Part shown: positions 1-13,169 of the stretch, one piece after another
Layout of the letters: each line of letters starts with the position of its first letter
How positions within the stretch are numbered: position 1 is the stretch's first letter
From: Syncephalis fuscata S228
Lineage: Eukaryota > Fungi > Zoopagomycota
DNA length: 64,000 nt
Direction: 5' to 3'
NCBI GenBank assembly: GCA_025786725.1
Contig: JAHLTZ010000038.1
Location: 1-64,000, forward strand
The notes under the pieces: model-generated
Database searches by the model: none
Told to the model about the DNA's origin: nothing
Seen by the model: the letters and a program-made list of their open reading frames with translations, nothing else
Position numbers and translations under genes: made by a program

Positions 1-492
1 ATAGATATAGATTTAAGCGATATTTAGATTTGGCAAGAACAGGGCCACAATATGCTGTACAGTCATCCGGTTTGTACTAGTCTATCATTATTTATGTATT
101 TATTTAAATAAATAAATGTAGCATTTCTTATTTATTAACATACTACTATTAGTTGCGTTCATATAAATACAGACATCTTCCCATTTAATAATAGTACTAG
201 TTGTTTCTGCTATTGTTATTACACTGATAATAAACAACCTATTAAGCCATTGAATGTGCTTTGAAGGCAAACGATTAAATTTGATGCATCCATGCAGTTG
301 AGCTAGACAATTGCTCTGTTGAACATAATAACGAGTGGTGAGTGCATCAAAGTTTAAAATATTTATTGGCATAGATGTATTATCCAGTACGCTTATATCC
401 AACATTTACTTGTACCATTCGTCTATTATCGCATACTATTATGTATTATTCTACAATACACTAGCCGCATTCTGGTTATTACATGCGGCAAT
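1..492 (-). repeat. Left arm of a long, near-identical inverted repeat (partner 1819-2309); may extend beyond the window start
   Basis: 1-~490 is the reverse complement of ~1819-2309 (gatttggcaagaacagggccacaatatgctgtacagtcatccggtttgtactagtctatc vs 2223-2290). Mirror ORFs 100..405(-)/1906..2151(+) and 335..526(+)/1755..1976(-). Confidence 0.95.
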
Positions 493-1818
493 ATACTTTG
501 CTCATTACGCTATATACACTGTTTGACACTGCTTTTATGTTTTTTACCGTACATTTGCTATTCTACATATCATTTTATTATCGTCCATCCTTCATCTATC
601 CAACCATATTTATTTTTGCACTAGCTTTATCATTAATAAAATTAAACTATTTTGCTCATGCACATACACGCTGTTTAACCTTCTGGTAGACAAACTAGCT
701 GTTGTCAATTAGCAACGGCTTTGGTGCTGATCAACGGAACAATGCGTATTCACAGCAATGGCAAGGCCAACCGGAAATGGTGCAATGGTTGGCTCACAGC
801 TTCAAACCTTGGGTTTATCTCAACTTAGCTTTTGATGCTGTTATATATTCATATCGAAAAGTGGGACTGTTGGGAAGGTACTGAGCGATATACAGTGTGG
901 ACTGAGGCCAACATAAGTGAAATGGAGCAAGTATGGTGTGCAGTGTACTATTACATAGACAAATACGTAGAAGCAACGCAGGGAAGCAAGTGATGCGTAA
1001 ACTACGTAAAACTACGTAAAATAAACAAAATACAGTAGCTGAAATACGAGTAATGACCTGCGAGGACCATACTAAGCGGCCCTTAGCTGAAATGGCTACA
1101 ATGGCTACAGTGGCTGCACTAGAATAGGCTGAATTGATAGCTAATAGCCAATATACCATACACTGATCAATGCACTATCATAATAAACAAACTACATCAG
1201 TAAATAAACAAATTTATCTGTATACTTATTATTTATACCAATATTTAACCAATATTACTCTGATATGCATGTACAATTCTGGATAAAATAGTAAGTATTT
1301 GCACATCTCATTTTATTGGCTTAGTATGGCCATAATTGTCGTTTGAGTAGGCAGAATCAATTGGACTGCAGTATATTTTTAGTTAGTTTACTGTTAATTT
1401 TCTAGTATGTCTAATTGTAACCGTGTAACATGGGCATTAGCAAAATGAGTGTAATAAGTGGCCAACTTTAAAGATAAAGCTAGGGTAAAATGGACAACGC
1501 CAATCGATGTAGTGTGGCCAATATACTGTATAACAATATATAACAACACTCTATAAATATAAAGTATATAATATCTATGTCAAATCTACAGTACTAAAGC
1601 TACAGTGTACCAATATGGCCATTCAAGCGCCCGCACAAATGGTGTTAATGCTACAGCGCCTTTCCGATGCCAAAAGCGCTAAAACATAAAAGAGCACTTA
1701 TTTAATAATAGATCTGGAATCAAAACAACAATGGCGTTGCATAGCTCTTATGCGCTATACAATAAACAGCATACAATTTAGTGAATGTACAGCGTAATAG
1801 TTGGGATGAGTGAGGTGT

Positions 1819-2309
1819 GTTGCCGCATACAATAACCAGAATGCGGCTAGTGTATTGTAGAATAATACATAATAGTATGCGATAATAGACGAATGGTACA
1901 AGTAAATGTTGGATATAAGCGTACTGGATAATACATCTATGCCAATAAATATTTTAAACTTTGATTCACTCACCACTCGTTATTATGTTCAACAGAGCAA
2001 TTGTCTAGCTCAACTGCATGGATGCATCAAATTTAATCGTTTGCCTTCAAAGCACATTCAATGGCTTAATAGGTTGTTTATTATCAGTGTAATAACAATA
2101 GCAGAAACAACTAGTACTATTATTAAAGGGAAGATGTCTGTATTTATATGAACGCAATTAATAGTAGTATGTTAATAAATAAGAAATGCTACATTTATTT
2201 ATTTAAAGAAATACATAAATAATGATAGACTAGTACAAACCGGATGACTGTACAGCATATTGTGGCCCTGTTCTTGCCAAATCTAAATATCTCTCAAATT
2301 TATATCTAT
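1819..2309 (+). repeat. Right arm of the long inverted repeat; member of a dispersed repeat family
   Basis: Reverse complement of 1-492 with only scattered substitutions. Confidence 0.95.
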
Positions 2310-4079
2310 TGAAGAGGGTCAGTAAACGAGATGAGCCACATGTGCCAATGATGTTTGCTGCTTGACTACACCGCAATAAGTAGTGGTTGTCCAAACAACA
2401 TTTGCTCTGCACCATCAGATATCAGATATCTTCAAGCGCAAACCTTATGTCGCCTCAACAGCCAGATACTCAGCAAGGCAACCTCGCAAACAAACACACG
2501 GTAAGCGTACCAATGTTACTATACAAAAGACCAATCAACTATGTGCAGACAAGCGCCTTCTACAGCATGCTGGAGTACACACTGCGTGATATATAGCTTC
2601 TAGAACACTGCATATCCAGTGCTTCATAGCCAAAAGGCACAACTGCATCGCACCTCCCACGCCCGTTTACCGACCTTAGTACATATAGCAGCAACCAGCA
2701 GTGATCTTGTAATCATTAGACGTCTAGCAAGTGCAAAGCATATTGGACAACAAATGGCAGTAAGAGCGAATGAGTGTAGCGTATATCGAGTGGTAAAGAG
2801 TAGAAAGAGAAGATAAAGGTGCAATGTTGGTTCGGAGGAGCAGTAAAGCCAGCTTATGTATTGTGATAGTTGTGGAAAATGTCGCAATAAAACATGAGCC
2901 GTCTAAAACCGTCTATGACCAATGTACTACGTAATTACTCTTAGTCTTCCGTATAAGCAGCTACAACCATTCCAGTAGAATCTTCAGTACATGTAACTAT
3001 TAGTGTAATATGTAGTAAACCGTGTGTTTTCTTGTACACTTATTGCAAAAGAGTCTTTATTGCTGTCATTATATTGTCTGAACATTAATATTGGTAAGCT
3101 CTTTACAACGCGATAAGCTGATGGATTAAATCTAGATTACACGGCTTAACCGACTAAGCGTAAAAATGATCTATGCTAAACTTTACATGTAGCATAGCAA
3201 GTAAATCTGTCTATTTGGCAATATCAGTTATGGCTTTATTTCAAACAATGCCGATCATTTAGGCGGCACGCAAAGCAGCTAAATGGGACCAGTTTCAAGC
3301 TTGTAGCTACAGTAAATACCAATGGCTTATATGTTGAATACTAATGCAATCCATCTAATAAAATCTTTAAAGCAAATTGTTTTTGGCCAAGTTTATTATT
3401 GCTTTTAACTGTGTCGAATAGAGTAGCCAGCACTGTCTACGCCACATGGTAAATATACGTACACTTTGTCCTTATGCTCAAGTAGCTATAGCGCAATACA
3501 TGATTACCCTGCAATAAGCTATACGACACTTTTAAAGCACGTATACATAACACCCATAGCAAATATCTATTTTGTAATAACAAGCTTTATTTGTGTAATA
3601 GCTTATACCAGTTCATCGCTGGCCCGTTTGATACCATTGCAACATATCAGCACTGGAAAACAGCAAAAAGAGCACTAGCAGTGTAAGAAGGCTATTCTAC
3701 TTGCGCGTTTGTGTGCAAAGAGTAAAAGAAGTGCTCAGAGCTAAACTTTGCAACAAACAGCTAACAAGAAACGTATAGCTTCTGCAAATAAAGCATAGCC
3801 ATTAAGCATACAATAATATGGAGCAAATAAAATACCAAAAGTAATTGTGTGAGTAGCAGCATTAAAGCTATAGTGCGCCTTGGAAAGGAATGACTAAGCG
3901 GAACGAGTCAAACTTGTCAATATTAAGCTGGCGTCAAGCTGACAGTAGTTATTGGTAGCGCATAGTAACTGTACGGTAAAATAGCATAACAGCTATCAGC
4001 TATGCTAGTTAAAAGACAACTAGCTTTGTTAAAGCTATCGAGCATATATGCATGAGCAGATAAGCAACTTGCGTGAACT

Positions 4080-4948
4080 TTTCTAATAGTGGTGCTAGAA
4101 CCAAACAGACAACGGTAATAGCTAGCGCGTATTTACTAGATAATAAAACGAATATACAAATTAAAAAGTATGGACAGCAGTGGTATAGCTACTGGCATAT
4201 ATGCATGATCAATGAGCGACATTAGTCGACAGTTGTTAATAATAACGCTAGAACAAAATAAAACCAGTTTTGGATTGAGCATAGATGGGCGAGTGTAAAA
4301 TGACATATAAAACGATGTCAAACTATAGCGCATATAACGCAAGGAGGAATGAGTAGAGTGTGCTGGTGTACTTAATGAACAGAATGTGTCCAGTATGTCG
4401 TAGAATGATACATAGAAGTGCGGAATAAAAGGGAGTGGTGTAGGTAGATAGAGATATATGCATACTGGATAATAAATCTATAATAACAAGTGTTTTAAAC
4501 TTTGATGTCGCTCACCACCCAGCTCCATTTCAATAGGTTGAATGTTTAGTTCAAACGCGTAAATAATCAAAATAGCCATTTAACCACCAAATCACACCAA
4601 ATGTGATGATTTGATCGTTAATAAAACTCACCACCCGTCCCCATGTTCAATAGAACAAATGTGCGGCCAGTTGCGCGAATATCAAAAGTAGCCGTTTGAC
4701 ACAAATCACATTAAATGGTTAATAATTGTAATAAACAGTTATTAATAATAAAAATAATATAATAAAGCTATAACGCACTGAGTGGACTGAGTGAAGCTGA
4801 TTGAAATGCATAATGAATATAAGTGTTCAACCTGTCATTGACTAAGAGTAGGATGTAAAGATACATCTTAATGATATTGTTGGATTAAAAATATATGCAT
4901 ACTGGATAATAAATCTATGATGATGGTATTTTGGGCCCTGATGTCAGG
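4080..4948 (+). repeat. Diverged copy of the dispersed repeat family, with internal partial re-duplications
   Basis: gcatactggataataaatcta...aaactttgatgtcgctcaccaccc at 4460-4520, with partial repeats at 4620-4720 and 4898-4948, matches 1920-1980. The reverse complement of 4136-4330 matches 10570-10750 and resembles 555-660. Confidence 0.8.
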
Positions 4949-6512
4949 TACTTTAATTTTATGTTCACTAAAAGGAATGAAAAGAGAGTGGAGTCAAAAG
5001 TGGTGGAAGTGAGTCGAACGGTTCAACCGTTCAATTGTTCAACAGTAAAATGGTGGCATGGTGGCAGAACGGCGGTATTCCACCATCTCACCGTTTTGCC
5101 AGTGCACCGTCCTGCCACTACCATTCTGCCATTCCGCCATTTTGCTTTGACAGTCTCTGACTATCGACTATCAGTCTACATTTAAAGCATTTGCCGTTTT
5201 TTGGAGCTACAGGTAAGCATTGTTATGTTTTATTAAATATGTATTATTGTGCGGACAAAGACGGTGTAGCACAAATAGCCATGTACGCTTTTATAATCGG
5301 CTGTTTACTATGGTAAGATAACTGGCGCTGCTATGTAATAAATACTTGTTATTTTTACTTCAAACTACTTACCATTTAATCAACTGTTATTTTTACATAG
5401 ATATTTAGGTATGCAGTGTTAGTGTTGCTGTTTGCATTCATGCACTGTGTTTTGTTTTCAAATAATACTAGCTTTTAAAAAGATCACAAGCCTTTTCCTT
5501 GCCGTGTTATAATATGGAATAATATAGATTCAAATGAATGGTCAAATAAAGTGTAAAATAATGGCAATAAAGGTATAGTATGCGTATTGCACAAGCAATC
5601 AAGTAAAATATACAAACAATACGGCGAGTAACAAATAAACGAGTTTTATCAATAAGACATGATGAGTATAGTTTAGAATAGAATGAATGGATAAAATAAT
5701 AGTGAAGATATACATAGACGATTAAGTAAGTACATAAATTGAAACTATAGCAATAAAGCTAGCGGCAATAAAATACCTGCTGTAAATGGGTTGTGCTTAT
5801 TATATGATCGATCGATATATGACTTAATAAATACAGAATAGTAATGATATGGGTGGATAGAAGGCATATGCATACTAAATACTAAATCTATAATGACGAG
5901 TATTTTAATGGCTAATGCCATCCACCACACAGTTTCATGCTCAATAGATTGGATGTTGTTAAATTTAGCCATTTATCTTTCAAATCATACTAGATCATCA
6001 GCAAATTGTTTAATATTATTATACTAGCCTTAACACAATTAAAAAATCAAACGAACCACTATTGCTATTATTAAAATGACCAGTGTGGGTGTAGCTTTAT
6101 AGAATGTAACTAATTTTAGTATGCTATCAGTATAGTACAATTCAAATAATTGAATGGCATAACAAAGCTACTAGATATTATACTAATGTTGATTTTATTA
6201 TTTATTTATTTAAGGTATGCTAAATGGTAAAAATGGCCATAAGAAAGTAGCTGTATTTGCTACTACCTACAATCAAGATAGCTATTGGCTTCGTTGTTGT
6301 AGATATTACATTATGAACGTCATACTAATAGTTGACATCCATACATATGCACATTCAATAATGCATAAAAACAACAGCAATAACAATATCTATTGCAGAA
6401 TTTTCGATAATATTCAACTTACATGGAATGCAATCAATGTCAATACACGCCAGCAAGATGTACCTATTAAATGCAATGCTAGTAGGTATATGGTTAAGCA
6501 ATATATAGCGAT

Positions 6513-6802
6513 ATACAGCCGTTGATGTTATGTTATTGCACACGTAATAAAGTGATTAATACTATTGCTATAATTACAAAATATTAGTACCGTTGCTGTT
6601 GATTGTGCTCAAAATACGTGTCAATAACCATTATACATAGAATAATATTAACATTGCAATGCATGGTCGTATGCCACTAATGGTTGTTGACACGTATTTT
6701 TATTACAATGAATAGCAACAACAATGCTAGTATTTTATAGTTATATTAGTAGTATTAATTGATAATATTGCATGTACACTAATATATACTTCAACATCTG
6801 TA
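6513..6802. repeat. Imperfect ~290-bp inverted repeat (hairpin, MITE-like)
   Basis: aaaatacgtgtcaataaccatta (6611-6633) pairs with taatggttgttgacacgtatttt (6678-6700); degenerate pairing continues out to ~6513/6802. Confidence 0.75.
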
Positions 6803-6829
6803 GATTACTTAACTACGTTCTTTGATAAT

Positions 6830-7940
6830 ACAGCATATAACATGGCAACTTATTAGTGCATATTAGTATTATTCGTCAGTAATGCCAGCTAGCTGCTGCC
6901 GGCAACTTCACAAGCATGCTAAGCAGCAGTCGCTGTACCTTATTTGTTACTAGCCAATACCAGTGGTGCTATTTTGTATCAAACATAGTTGGCACAAATC
7001 TGTAGTATGTCCAACAAAGCTAACTACATATACCGTCGCCGGTACTGTTAGTGCTAGCTATTTATTAATAAACTGCTGTTTAAACATTAAGCAATTACAG
7101 TAGTGTATATGTTTATTTGAGTGTATAGCAATAGCTGTAATAATAAGCTGGTATGCAGCATTTTATTATTGCTAACAGTATTAAAATAGTATTATATTAA
7201 TTAAAAAACCAATCAGCATACTAGACAGCAAGCTATACTTTAGATGGCATGTTGTTAGCCGTATGGTATATACAATAACTGATGTATATACTGTTTTATC
7301 GGTATATCATACCATAAACACCGTAATATTGTGTTGATTTCCATCGTGATACCATGTTTATTTTGACTATAGGCATTAGCAAATACGGTCAATTTCTTAT
7401 AACTATTTCAACATTTAGCATTGTATAAACAAGTTGTTCACGTTATTGAAAAATTAATAAAACTAGAATGCTGGTAGTTGTAGAATATCATTTATTTACC
7501 TAAATTGTATTGTATTACTAAAACATAATCTTTTATATTTGATATAACACACCAGCGTTATATATGTAGTTGATAATAACGCTAGTTTATTTGGAATGTT
7601 ATTTGTATTAAATTTATTAAATTATTACTAAGCAACTTATCAAAATCTAATGCAATTAAGCTTAAATAATCACATTTAATATCATTCGTGTAGTTGACCC
7701 ACATATTCGGTATATTGAACATGAAACTGGGCGGTGAGTGACATCAGCCATTAAACGTTCATTATCATAGATTTATTATCCAGTACACATATATCCTTTA
7801 TCCAAATATATCATTTCTACTGTGTACTTTATTACTATATTCAATTTTATAACATACTAAACGTATTTTATTTATTATAGTTTGCAATGCATTTTACTCA
7901 TTCCGCTCATTGCGTGACATGCACTATAGCTTCAAACTGC
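6830..7940 (+). repeat. Degenerate ~1-kb segment duplicated at ~14030-14760
   Basis: Colinear blocks: cagtaatgccagctagctgctgccggcaac ~ cagtaatgtcagctggttgctaccaacaac; gtgttgatttcc...ataggcattagcaaatacggtc ~ gtgttgattcc...ataggtatcaaaaatacggcc; attgaacatgaaactgggcggt ~ attgagcataaaactagatggt. Confidence 0.7.
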
Positions 7941-8922
7941 CGATTTTGTAAGTATCGCTGTATATTAAATATACTACATATTGTTCTAGCATATAAAAAT
8001 GCATATTATCTATAAATTGTTGTCAGTCTGGCCCTGGATTTATGGATAGTATATCGCAACTCACATGTTTATAGAATGTTAATAGTATGTGTTGCTAGAG
8101 AATATATGCATATTGGATAGTAGATCTATGATACTGAGTATTTTGATGAATAGTGTCACTTGCCATTCAGTTTCAAGTTTAATAAAACGAAAATCTAATT
8201 TAATTACACAAATAGTATTGAATGTTATTATTTAATACCAATTTGCGCTAAATAATATTTGTAATTAGAATAGATAAATGAGTATAAAAGCAAGAATATA
8301 TGTAGCTTATTATTGTTTAGAGTTCTTATTTTATAATAAATACTATTATTATATAGTTTAATCACTGTTTATATAATTGGGTATATGCAGTAAATAACAA
8401 TTACTTACTGGTTATGTTTGCGAAACAGTTGATTGTTGACAATTTTCAGTATTAGTGTTTAGCATATTGCTATTATAGCTATTCATATGTTGCCATTAAT
8501 ACGATGTTCAATCATATGGCAAATGATCACATGGATATAATAGTATAATATCGTGATATTAATAACACTTAATCTTAAAATGCAGTGCGCTATTGCGGCC
8601 ACGAAAAAGACACAATATAATGAATAATTGTAAAGCAGAAAAATATTAAAAATAAATTAATGTTTTATTATTTTGTGATTATGTATTCTTTTATATTAGA
8701 CTACTATTAGTAAGAATAACTAAAGTTATTTAAACAAAATGAACAATGGAAAGAAAAATAAAATGAAAATTACTGATAGCTATATGATGATAAGGCAATT
8801 TAATTGGTATATAAATGCAAAGCACATTACCAAAAAAGGGAACAATAATGATATGAAAAAGGTGATTTAAAACAGTATTACTAGACCTTTACCATTTTAC
8901 AATTTATTCATTTATTGTTTTT

Positions 8923-9793
8923 ATGCTTTTTATTATGTTAAATAACGCTAGTATTACACTTTACAGCGTTGATGTGCCTCATTTAGCGCGTGCCGATAAT
9001 CTAGGAACAATGTTATCAGATGCTAATATTCCATTTAAAGAACAAAACATAAGGCTTGAAGACTGGAGTGCAACTCGAGAGTTGCTACAAACGACAGCAA
9101 TTGGCCATGCTAACAACAACTTATCGGCAAGTGAAGTGCGAAATCCTTACGGCGGTGCACCTACACTTGAAATCGACGGCCAATGGTACGCACAAACAGT
9201 ACCTATTATGCGCTTATTGGCGCGTGAACTTGGTGAGTTTTATCGATAAAGAAAACCAAAACAATTATTCATTTATTTATCTATTTATTCAAGGCAAGTA
9301 CGATGGTAACGATAGTTTGAAAAATACATGGTTGATGTCGTTGCAGATTTAGCCATTGATTGGCGCGCCGATCGAGTCAAGAAAAATTTGAGCAAGGATG
9401 TAAGAGGCTTGCTGTTAAGCAAGCATAAATGTAAACAGATGCTAAGTAATTATATGCATAGGAAAAACTGATTCAACGATACAACAAAAGAGATCGTCTT
9501 GTTTCATTGCTGCCATTCAAGACTACTTGCAACGTCGCGATGGTACTTACCTTCTCGGTGAAAGAGTAAGTCGCTATATACTGTATTGCTGTGTTATTAA
9601 CCATAATATTAGATAAGCTATGCGATATTTGCTTTATAGTCTAGTCTATGATGAGACACCAGAGGCGTGCAAGCTTGACGAAGCCTCACCACTTTACAAA
9701 CTCTATAAAGCAGTTGGAGAAAGACCCCGCGTTGCAACCTATGTTAATAACTGGGAGCTCAATAGACTTGAAACATGGAGTAATAAACTGTGA
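8923..9793 (+). pseudogene. Glutathione S-transferase, 4 exons, several apparent frameshifts (pseudogene or assembly errors)
   Basis: N-domain ARADNLGTML..NPYGGAPTLEIDGQWYAQTVPIMRLLARELG; C-domain pieces EKYMVDVVADLAIDWR, YLQRRDGTYLLGER-ISYA and LYKAVGERPRVATYV, separated by GT-AG introns. Frame breaks near 9315, ~9500 and ~9620-9640. Confidence 0.8.
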
Positions 9794-10564
9794 ATAAACA
9801 ATGGCGTTTTAAATTTCATTATTAAGTGATTGTTTCCCTAATATGTGTTTAAAATTTTTTTATTTATTAATATATTTTATTTAACTAATAAAACACTTGT
9901 AATTTTTTTCTTAATATTTGTGTTAGCAACAGTATTCTATTTACTAGCACATTTAATTTAGAAAACACTTTTAATCCATGTATATTTTCTTGGCTTTAAT
10001 ATGATTTTATTCAATAAAACAAATTACACGGAATAGTCGCTTAGTATGAAGTGTAGTCATTACTAACATAACTTTATATATCTTTAAGTAGCAAGAAGGT
10101 CGTACTAATAGAGCTTATTACAGATTTGCGGTATTTTATACATAGCTAACGTAGAGATAAGTGATATCTGCCAGTGGAACTCTGTGTTGCATCGAGCCAC
10201 ACATCTTTTCCTTTGATACTTTCGACTTAGATTGGGATGAGGATCGTAGTTTTATTTGTTGTCGTTATCGTACCCTTCATTTTTACAAAATAACTGCGTA
10301 TCTGGCGATTTAGGACGGCAATGATTGTTAATTGCGATGCTGGTGGTAGGTGATGCACAATATAGCCGCATCGGAGCAGAGAACACCTGTCGTAGTGTGA
10401 TCATCACCAGTCTTGGAATCAGTGTTGGCCGTTTAGTTGGCGGCGGTGGACTGTTTTCATCGTTTTCGTTTTCATTATCTTGGGCTCGTTTACGTTTCTC
10501 TGGTGTCTTTGTCGCCGACGTTTCTTGAATAAAAGGTGGTGTAATAGATTGTTTGCCAATTATA

Positions 10565-10835
10565 ATTTTGACATTATTTTATATGTCATTTTATACTCGC
10601 CCATCCATGCTCTATCCAAAACTGTTTTTATTTTTGTTCTAGCGTTATTTTTATAAATGTCGCCTAATGTCGCTCATTCACTTATGCATATATGCTTAGT
10701 AACTATACTACTACTATTCATACTCTTTACTTCGTATATTCGTTTCATTATATATTGTTATATCGTTTAATATCTATGTGCTATTCAAAACTGCTGTTTA
10801 TTTGGCGCTAGGCCTATTGGTTGTAAAGTTTAGCT
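10565..10835 (-). repeat. Copy of the dispersed repeat family
   Basis: ttttatatgtcattttatactcgcccatccatgctctatccaaaactg... closely matches the reverse complement of 4136-4330. Confidence 0.85.
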
Positions 10836-13169
10836 CATTCCTTTTGTATCTCTCACTGGTCCATATACACTGTTCCATTTACTTTCCTGTCTATACACTT
10901 TAGCGTGTCTACTCGTCTTATTGCGTAGTGCTTTATTTTTAATAAATGTGTGCTGTTTATTAAAGTGGTTCACTTGTTAATCACTTTATTTATGACGTAA
11001 TATGTCAATAGCGCTTAAATCAACGACTACTTTTATACAATACACGGCATGCTCAATTCAATTTGTATACTAGCACTGAAAAGATTGAATTTGATCCAAC
11101 GCTATTAAATACAGCTGATTGGCGTAAAAGCTTTGTTTCAATAATGCCATTGATGTTGGTTTAAATACGTGGCGACAGCACCATTGAAAAGCCGTATTGC
11201 TTCTGAGAAAAATGAAGCCATAATATTAATGGACTTGCACTGCTTATTGGCAATCTACAACTGGAAATTGGTAGTGTTGATAAGTTGTTGTTAATTCATA
11301 AGTAAACAGAACAAAGTAATATGTTGCGTTGAATTAAGCATATTTAAAAGAAGGCAACAAGATTGGCACAGCTTCTTAATATTAAAGCCAATCTGATGGT
11401 GAATTGATTAAATAGTGCGATAAACGAGTCGACAGTGAAATTAGCCCATACCTTGGCAATAATCAAAACATGTATGAGTATATTTAGCATATAGATATGA
11501 TAGTGATACTTTGACATAGATCATTCGATTAATGTATTGCAGACTATAGAGCATTACAAAAAGACTATTGTGCATGTACATAGCAACTGTTTTGGTACAG
11601 ATCGATATTGAGCTAATACAGCTATTTAAAGTTTCCAACGATGTTATGACAAAGTTAATAGTTTTGACGCTGGAATAGTGCCAATGAACGTTATTACAGA
11701 GCGCTATATAATGAATATGTATCGATTATAACATATAAACAGCTACATTACTAACACGGATAATTGTATAATATATATATATAAGCATTAATAAACAATC
11801 AAGCAGCCGTCAATGGTCAGTAGTGAACATGAAAACATTAAATTACTGTTGCCATCAACGTATAGCCAGCTGTATTAGTTAGCTGGCAATGGCAACATTG
11901 TAATATTGCTCATGATTACTATAGAAATTAGCATTATTCTATTGACAAGATCGTATTGTTAATATCTATCTAAATAGTAGAAATTAATAGCAAGCGCTAT
12001 TAGCAAATGGACAACTAAGCACCATGCATATTTTAATATATATATATATAGCTGGCCAAACGCTATTAATCAATGTTGTTTACCGACTAGCTGGTTGCAT
12101 AGTATTTACGGATACCTGCTGATTAGCTGTATCAACTGATTAACAATAGCCAATATAATAGTATAGCAATATTCTGTTAAGCAATATGCTAGTAATCGCG
12201 CGTCAACACCGATAAAATATGAATATTTGATTATTTCCATAGCCGACTATAGGTTAATAGACATGTAACATGGGTATCAGTTAATCATATGGCTACATTA
12301 GTGCTATCTGTTATTGTGTATTGCTGGTTACTGGTCGACAGTTAGTGTTGAATATACTGCGTGCATCATTGGCATGATATAGCTACCGATACTAACAGTT
12401 AGTGAGCGCTATTTATACAGCTTACTACCATTGTAAACCAATGCTATGTATTGCAGTGCAACAACTAGGAATTGGCAAAATAGTTGCTATTTGTATTGCC
12501 ACGACAGTAGTGAGCTGTGTTTAATAAATGCCACAATTGAAGTTATTGTTGAAGATTACCGATTGTCAATATAAACATGTATACTAATGCTGGCTATTGA
12601 GAATTGTCATGCCAGTTGTTACTGGGTAATTGGCGACACAAGTAGTAAACCTAGTGTTGGTACTTGCCAATTTGAAACATATCTACAAATAACATGGACA
12701 GTTAACGTCTGCTCGTTTAGCAAGTGGCAGCATAATATGCACTGTTACTAACTGATGACTATGCATAAGATTTGCTTTTGTATACCGGCAACAGTATGGA
12801 GTGCGCACCAATGACAATACTATACCAATGGCTGTTATTGTTATACACTCCACTACATAATTGTATACGGTATGTAGCCAAAATCGCCATTGTCTGTATA
12901 ACACATTTATAGCCATTAACATTGTCAGTACTATTACTGATGACTGATAGCATCTGTATAGTTGCCAGCGGCAATGCCACATAACATGATCTACCAATGA
13001 TGCAGGTTATACTTAGTACATACCACTACTAATACCAATAAAACAGTATATATATATTAGCCGATGTTGTATTAAAAATAATGATATAGTTAGCAAATTG
13101 GTATTGGTTACTAATAATCTACTATGATTACGTAAATTAGTGCTGTCTAGCTGTAATTGATTATTTACT

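Noticed and set aside
100-2151. Duplicated ORFs MLDISVLDN.../MVSASKFKI... as genes
   Set aside because: They are chance frames in the two arms of a non-coding inverted repeat, with non-ATG starts and no protein-like features.
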